Source: Dictyostelium discoideum
Taxonomy: Eukaryota
Assembly (NCBI GenBank): GCA_000004695.1
Contig: CM000150.2
Span: forward strand, 2,592,001 to 2,656,000
DNA: 64,000 bases
Direction of reading: 5' to 3'
The position numbers were made by a program, and so were the translations under genes. The notes beneath the pieces are model-generated. The model saw only the letters and a program-made list of their open reading frames with translations. It did no database searches and was not told where the DNA came from. This document shows, piece after piece, positions 56,701 to 64,000 of this stretch (its first letter is position 1; the number at the start of each line of letters is the position of its first letter).

Positions 56701-57590
56701 CATCTAAATTACTAGTTTCAATATAACAAACACCATGTTGTTCAGAGGAATTTAAAACTACTAAATCTGCTGGGAATCTTTCACCCTTATTAACTTGACA
56801 AATATCTCCAACTTTTACTTGTTTCCATGGTACAATTTCAAATTTACCATTTCTTAAAATTCTACAATCTAAATTATTAACTGTTTTATCTGATAAATTT
56901 CTTTTCTATAATAAATAAGAATAAAAAAAAAAAAAAACATTAATATTATTTATTAATTTTATTTTTTTAAAAAATAAATTATAAAAAAAAAAAAACACTT
57001 ACAATATCTTCAATACCTTCTTTAACTGCAGTTACAGCTAATACAAAAATTAAAGGTATCCAAGTTGTATAAGCATTAACTGGTGAGATACCTGGAATTA
57101 ATTGAATGACTGCAATTACAAGAAAATAGAAATTTGCAGCTCTTCTAAATTGTTCGTATAAATTCTTTGGTATGAATGACCATGGTGTATATTTTGTTGT
57201 GGAGATTTTATTATGAATAAATTTGAATGGTATATTTCTTTCTGGTTGATTTATGAAAATGTTTCTACTACTACCTATATATTTCTTCTTTTTAACTTTT
57301 TTCAATGCCTTTGGCTTCTTTTTGGGTTTATTTGAACGTAATGATGATGATTTCGTTGACTTTCTTGCTGCACCACTTGATATGGTTGATGATGGTGCTC
57401 TGCTTAAACTTGATGGTGGAGAATATTGATCCTCCCCTATATTATTATTACTACTATTATTACTTTTATGTAATGGTGATATGGTTTGTAATGATGGCTT
57501 TGAGTTACTACCACCAGCGCCACTACTACTACTACCACTTGGTGCGGCTGAGTCTACCAATGGTATATCTGTATATTGTTGATTTTCCAT
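53714..57590 (-). CDS. P4-type ATPase (aminophospholipid flippase, Drs2/ATP8 family), about 1259 aa, in two exons: 57003..57590 and 53714..56905.
   Basis: P-type phosphorylation site [40 protein letters not shown] hinge. [12 protein letters not shown]. Ten predicted TM helices. The P4-specific N-terminus (Nxx[25 protein letters not shown]) is in exon 1. The exon junction KEGIEDI|[22 protein letters not shown]...[24 protein letters not shown]...[15 protein letters not shown] was reconstructed with a GTAAGT donor and tatag acceptor, in phase. Confidence 0.9.
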
Positions 57591-58851
57591 TGTAGGACTC
57601 TTTTTACCACTATCTAAAATCCAACCTAAATTAGATTCTTTTAATTATAAATTTGTTTTTTAAAAAAAAAAAAAAATGTTATTATATTATAGTTTTTTTT
57701 TTTTTTTTTTTTTTATGAAAAAAATAATAATATGTGGTATATATTACAAATAAAAAAAAAACAAAATTGAAAAAAAGAAAAAAAAAAAAAAAAAAAAAAA
57801 TTTATTGTATGTGTGTTTAATTAAATAAATTTAATTATGTATTTAGTCTGAGGTAAGCGAGAATTTGCGTGAAAGTGTGTGTGTGTCTATGTGAGTGGGT
57901 AAAAAAAATAAAAAAAAATAAAAATAAAAAATTATTTATTTTTTAATTTTTAAAAAAAAAAAAATAAAAAATTTACCAACAAACTTATCGTTGTTGTTTG
58001 TATGACAATAAGGTATGTCTTTATATAATAGGTTATGACAATATTTATTATTATTGTTATTATTATTATTTTTTTTTTTTTTTTATTTTTATTTTTATAT
58101 TTTTTTTTTTTTTTATTATACGAAAATTTTAAAATAATAATGATAGAATAAATTTATAAAAATATTACAATTATATATACGATGGTTTTATTTGCTCTTT
58201 TTGATTTGTTTATAATAACCTTTTAAAATAAAAAAATATCAAAATAAAATTTTGAAAAGGGTTTTTTTTGAAAAATTGATTTTTTTTTTTTTCTAACCAA
58301 CTTTTTTTTTAATTTTTTATTTTTTTATTTTTTATTTTATTTTTTATTTTATTTTTTTATTTTATTTTTATTATTTTTTATTATTTTTTATTATTTTTAT
58401 CCTTTATTATTTTTTAATAGATAAATGGGTGATGAATGAATTGAGTTATTGAGATTTTACAAAACAAAAACTAAAAAAAAAAGGGGGTTAAAAAAAAAAC
58501 ACACAAAAAAATTTTTTTTTTTTTTTTTTTTTTTCATGGGTGTGTTTTCAAATAAACTAAAATTTGTAATTATAAAATTTAAATTTAAATTTAAATACAT
58601 ACGACTACTATTTGATTGTGCATCAAAACTTTGGTCTAAGCTATTTAAATCATTTTGAGAAGGTTGCTGCTGTTGCTGCTGCTGCGTATTGTTATATTGT
58701 TGATCTTTGTCATGCATTTTTCAACTATTTAATATTTATTTGTTGAATTTGACTTCCAACCAACTTTTGTATTGATATAAAGGTTCTTTTTTTTTTCTTT
58801 TCTTTTCTCTCTATGATTTTAATTGATTTTTGTTTTTAAAATTATTATTAT

Positions 58852-58903
<52 letters not shown>

Positions 58904-59078
58904 AATTGAATTGAAAAAAAAAAAAAAATTCAATTAATATCTTTAAACGTTATTTTTTTTTTTTCCTAATGAATTTGGGTGGTTCTGAAATTAATGAACA
59001 ATAAAATATTTTAATATTTACACTTTATATTATAGTTGTTGATAACTTTTAGTTTAATTATTAAAATGCTAAACTATA

Positions 59079-59113
<35 letters not shown>

Positions 59114-59698
59114 CTTTTAAACCATCTGTAAAATAATTATATTAATAAAATGAAATACAGAGATTAATGAGGTTTTCTTGAAATTAAAATTTTTGAAAAT
59201 AAAAAAAAAATTAAAAAAAAAAAATTAAATAAAAAATAAAAAAAAAAATAAAATAAAAAATAAAATAAAATTAAAAACTGAAAGATCGAGAATTGAAAAA
59301 AATTTAAAAAAATTAAAAAAAATAAATGAAATAACAATATTAACGAAAAGATTAAATAAGAAAGGGGTGGATTCTTTTTGATTCTAATCAAAACAACACA
59401 ATGTTGCAAAGTTTTGAAAAAAAAAAAAAAAAATAAATAAATAAAAAAATAAATAAATAAAAATTAGGAACATACAATTAATTTTTTTTTTTTTTTTTTG
59501 TTATTGAAATTATTATTATATTCCTGTTATGGCTATTTATAATTCTTCTTTAGTAATATAATTTTTAATTTATTAATATATTAGTGTTACTGAATTTATT
59601 AATAAATGCGCTAAATAAAATTAAATTAAAAAAAAAAAAAAATAAATAAAATAAAATTTACAGTTATAATTATTTTTAATTTTTATTTTTGTTTAGAG

Positions 59699-59733
<35 letters not shown>

Positions 59734-60602
59734 ATTTTTATTATTTATTTATTTTAAAGATTACTATTATTTTTGGTAATAGATAGAATATTTATAATTA
59801 TAAAGTTGATTATACACAAGTTTTTATTTTTTTTAATATAAATTCTATAGCCTCTATAATTGAAATAATCTTTTTTTTTTTTTTTTTTGATTATTTTATA
59901 ATTTTTATTATGTTTTTTTTATTATTTTTATTTTTTTTTTAAAAAAAAAATTTTAATTAAATATAAAAAAAAAAAATAAATAAAAAAAAAAAATATTATT
60001 TAAATAATATTAAAAAAAAAAAAAAAAAAAAAAAAGAGAGATTTTGTGGGGTGGGATTAAATTAAATTACAAAAATTTTATAAGGTTATAATAATGCAAA
60101 ATAACTAACAACAAAAATTGTATAAACTTTTATTATTATTGCAACTTACATGGTGCGTTTTAGTTTTTTTTTTTTAGTTTTTTTTTTTTATTGTTGAAAT
60201 ATTAAGTTAAATAAATAAATAAATAGAAGTTATTAAAAATATAAGAAAAAAAAAATATATAGTTTAATGATAAAAGAGAAAAGGAAAAAAACTAATTTCT
60301 TTTTTTTTTTTTTTTTTTTTTTTTTTTATTTTTTATTTTTTATTTTTTATTTTATTTTTTATTTTAATATTAATAATTAATATAAGACATGGATTGTAAA
60401 AAATTAAATTAAAAAATTAAAAAATTTAAAATGAGGGGGGTGAAAACAAATATTAATCGAACAACAATGAAACGTATTGTTTTTTAGTTAAACTAAGGGA
60501 AAAAAAAAAAAAAAAAAATAAATAAAAAAAAAAAAGTGAAAAAAATTAAAAAAATAATAATTTACCAGTTATAATACAAATAAATTAATTTCACTTTCGT
60601 AA

Positions 60603-60657
<55 letters not shown>

Positions 60658-60693
60658 CACACGACTTGAAATAAAAAAAAATAAAAAAAAAAA

Positions 60694-60732
<39 letters not shown>

Positions 60733-61184
60733 AAAGTTATCATATTATATGGTCATATGACCACAACAGCAAAAAAAAAAAAAAAAAAAACATCCTCTCA
60801 TAATTACAACATCAAAGAATTTTTTAAATTTAAATTAAAAATTGATTGTTATGTCGCGAGTGCATGACACTTGACATTTATTTTTTTATTTTTTTTTTAT
60901 TTTTTTTTTTTTTTAATTTTGGAATAAAAAAAAAAAATAATTTTGGAAACAATTGTTCGATTACAACGAATCTGGATTCTTATCAAAAATAAAAATAATT
61001 GGATCAATATTTAATTAATATTTTTTTTCTTTGAAATATATATTATTATTTTTTTTTTTTTTTTTTTTGTTTCTAAAAATAGAATATTTTCTTTTTTTTT
61101 AAAAAAATAGAATTTATTTATTTATTTTTTTAATAGTTTTTATTAATAGTTTTTATTAATAGTTTTTATTTTTTTTTTAAAAAT

Positions 61185-62559
61185 TTATTTTAACATAAAA
61201 GCTTCAATTTCATCAATAGTTCTTGGTAAATTTTTTGAAAGATTATCACAACCAGTTTCAGTGACTAAAATATCATCTTCAATACGTACACCACCAATGT
61301 TACGATATTTATCTAATTCGGTGAGATTAAAGAATTTGGCAGTTTCAGGATTTGATAAAGCTTGAGTGAGTAAATGATTGATGAAATAGCAACCAGGTTC
61401 AGAAGTGATGACCATACCAGCTTTGAGGGTACGAGTAGTTCTGAGTGAATGAACTTTTGGTTGACAATCACCTAAATAACCACCTACATCATGTGTATCC
61501 AAACCAAGGAAGTGACCTAAACCATGTGGGAAGAAAACTGAACCAATTTTATTGGCAATTAGATCTTGAAGGTCACCAACCAAAATTCCAGCTTTCAATA
61601 AGGCAGCTAAAATACAACGTTCAGCCAATTTATGCATATCTACCCAAGAAACGCCTGGTCTCATTGCTTCCATAACGGCTACTGAAGCATCCAATACGGC
61701 TTGATAGACAACTCTTTGTTCTGGACTGAATTTACCGGTGGCAGGGAAAGAACAGGTGATATCGGCGGTATAGCTATGATATTCAGCACCCATATCGAAT
61801 AAACAGAAACCATTCTCACTGATGGTGGCAGAGTTTGGTTCACCTGCATGACCATAATGGAGGACGGCAGAGTTCTTATTGGCGGCACAAATACAAGTAT
61901 AACCAACATTTCTACAACCCCATTCATTGTAAACATGATGAAGGAACTCACTTTCACATTGGTACTCCTTTAAGCCAACCTTGACTTTACGCATGACATG
62001 TTTATGTGCAGAAACGGAAGCATCGACACAATAACGAATTACCTCAACCTCCTTTGGTGATTTAATTACACGACATTCGGCAATCTCTGGGAATAATAAA
62101 GTATTGTTTACATTGAAAGTCTCTCTTAAACCTGGATATTGTGGTTCTACAAATGTTGAGCCACTATCGGTGTTGGTACCCAAGATGGTGTAGATTGTGG
62201 ATGCGTTCTTACTCTTTAAGTAATCCATCATCTCATCGACATATAATACTTGGTCGACTAAAAAGATCGATTTATAGTATTCTTTTGAACGAATTTCTCC
62301 CATCCATGTTGCATATTCAGCTGGCAATTTTGGAATACATAAAATACTAGTTGCTTGTTCATCCAATCCAACAATACCAAAACAATCTGGAATATCTGAA
62401 CCAAATGTCCAAAAAAAGTATCTTTCTTGTTTAAATAATGGTTCATGATCTGTATCATATTGCATTGTTGATTTACCACTTTCTAATAAAATAAATGAAT
62501 TTTCTTTAACTTGATCTTTATCTTTTTTTTAAATTTTTTTTTTTTTTTTATTAATATAT

Positions 62560-62605
<46 letters not shown>

Positions 62606-62791
62606 GAATAATAATATCATACGTTTTGATAAAATTTGAGAAACTAATCTTTGTCTATTTTCTTTATGTAAAACTAATGGTACTTTTAATGTATTATTAC
62701 CTAACCAGTAATAACCTGGAGAGTATTGACTATCAAGATGTGTTTTTTCACAACAATCATCTTTACCTTGGTTTCTTGGATGTACTGACAT
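61185..62791 (-). CDS. Xaa-Pro dipeptidase (prolidase, M24B metallopeptidase), about 488 aa, in two exons: 62623..62791 and 61185..62482.
   Basis: The N-terminal exon [22 protein letters not shown] matches human PEPD [28 protein letters not shown] donor and ..ttttattag acceptor, phase 1. Metal-binding and catalytic motifs: [59 protein letters not shown]. Confidence 0.85.
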
Positions 62792-63370
62792 TATTAATAT
62801 ATTATTAGTTATTGAAGTAAAAGTAAAAAAGAAAATAAATCAAAAAAAAAAAAAAAAAAAAAATATCTTTTCAATTTGGAAAAAATTAAAAAAATGAAAA
62901 AAAAAATAAAATTAAAAAAATTAAAAAAAAAATAAAAAATTAAAAATTAATTATTTTTTTTTTTCCTCATATCTCTTGTTTATTATAATAATAATCAATT
63001 AATCTTAAAAAAAAGAAAATTATTTTTCGTGTTTTGGTTCCTAATTAGTAAATTTTAATTTATTTTTTTTTTTTTTTTTTTTTAACCGAAATAATTTTCA
63101 AAATAATTAAAATTATTTCGAAATAAATTTACAAAAAAGAGTGATAGTTTTTTAATAGGTAATTAATTATTTTAGTTTAAATAAAAAAAAAAAAAAAAAA
63201 GATTTAATTATACAATTAAAAAAAATAATAAAAATAAAAGATAATATAATTTTTTTATTTTTTTTTTTATTTAAAACAAAAAAAAAAAAAAAAAAAAAAA
63301 TGGTTTTTTTTTTTTTTTTTTTTTTTTTTTTGATCAAATTTGAATGATTATTAAAAAAAAAAAAATTAAA

Positions 63371-64000
63371 TGGAAAATAATATTTTAGTTAAATTATTAT
63401 TAAAAGGAAATATTGAAAATGAAAATGAAAAAGAAAATGATAAATTATTTTTTTCAATTTGGAGGAATAAATATTTAAGAGATAAAATAACAAAAGAAAT
63501 AAAGATTTATTTAAATGCACATAGATTAATTAGATTTAAAAATTGTGAACAACTTAATCAATATGAATATAAAGATAGTTTAAATAAAGTGATAATTGAA
63601 GATCCATCAACACCATTATTAAATATACCATTGAATATAACAGAACTTGAATTTGAACCAAAATCAGAACATATTGCAACAATTAAAACCAACTTACCAA
63701 ACCATATAGAGAAACTTTATTTTAATTATAATTATTCTTATTATTCAACTTCAAATTTTTTAAATTCATTAACATCATTAAAAGAGTTAAGATTAGGTGG
63801 TTTTCAAAATGTTAATAAAATTCCAGAATCAGTTACAAATTTACATTTAGGATATGCATTATATGGTAATTTAAAAACATTACCACCATCGAATTTCATA
63901 CCTCAATCAGTTACAATTTTAAATACTGGCGAATTATCTACACCAATAAATAAGAACGACGACTCTTTTTTACCAAAGAATTTAAAGGAGTTAACATTTG
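63371..64000 (+). CDS. FNIP-repeat (leucine-rich-repeat-like) protein, a Dictyostelium-expanded family. The CDS is 3'-partial and runs off the window end.
   Basis: ATG at 63371. The frame is open to the last base of the window, so it is absent from the complete-ORF track. Repeats of the FNIP type: LPNHIEKLYFNYNY, LTSLKELRLGGFQNVNKIPESVTNLHLGYALYGNLKTLPPSNFIPQSVTILN, LPKNLKELTF. Confidence 0.55.

Overview
The window is nuclear DNA from a social amoeba, almost certainly Dictyostelium discoideum. It is extremely AT-rich, with long poly(dA)/(dT) tracts, (ATT)n/(TAA)n microsatellites, CAA-encoded polyQ and AAT-encoded polyN. Introns are short, AT-rich and GT..AG. There are no prokaryotic features such as CRISPR arrays or operons. 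I reconstructed 20 protein-coding genes by joining ORF-track fragments across introns. In order they are: (1) a GRAM+TBC RabGAP, 5'-partial; (2) a giant ~3530-aa type-I membrane protein made of about 20 tandem repeats that resemble bacterial pre-peptidase C-terminal (PPC) domains, plus two laminin-type EGF clusters; (3) two small membrane-protein genes; (4) a small FERM-domain protein; (5) a signal-anchored hypothetical; (6) the hybrid FAS-like type I / type III polyketide synthase 'Steely' (most likely stlA, Steely1) on the minus strand, in three exons, about 3144 aa; (7) a Rab7 GTPase; (8) a SYS1 Golgi membrane protein; (9) CFIm25/CPSF5 (NUDT21); (10) a small Tim17-family-like membrane protein; (11) a STAT-family transcription factor whose true CDS joins two ORF-track entries across an intron; (12) an AATF/Che-1/Bfr2 homologue; (13) eIF4A with an 11-nt first microexon; (14) an LplA-family lipoate-protein ligase/lipoyltransferase; (15) the Rad1 (9-1-1 clamp) homologue with a long N-terminal polyQ; (16) a P4-type ATPase (phospholipid flippase); (17) a prolidase (Xaa-Pro dipeptidase); and (18) the 5' end of an FNIP-repeat protein running off the window. 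Two unusually long gene-free AT-rich intervals (~5.1 kb and ~3.6 kb) flank the stlA/rab7 and P4-ATPase promoters. The most novel item is the giant PPC-like repeat protein. All product calls rest on motif recognition by eye and recalled family alignments. No database search was run.
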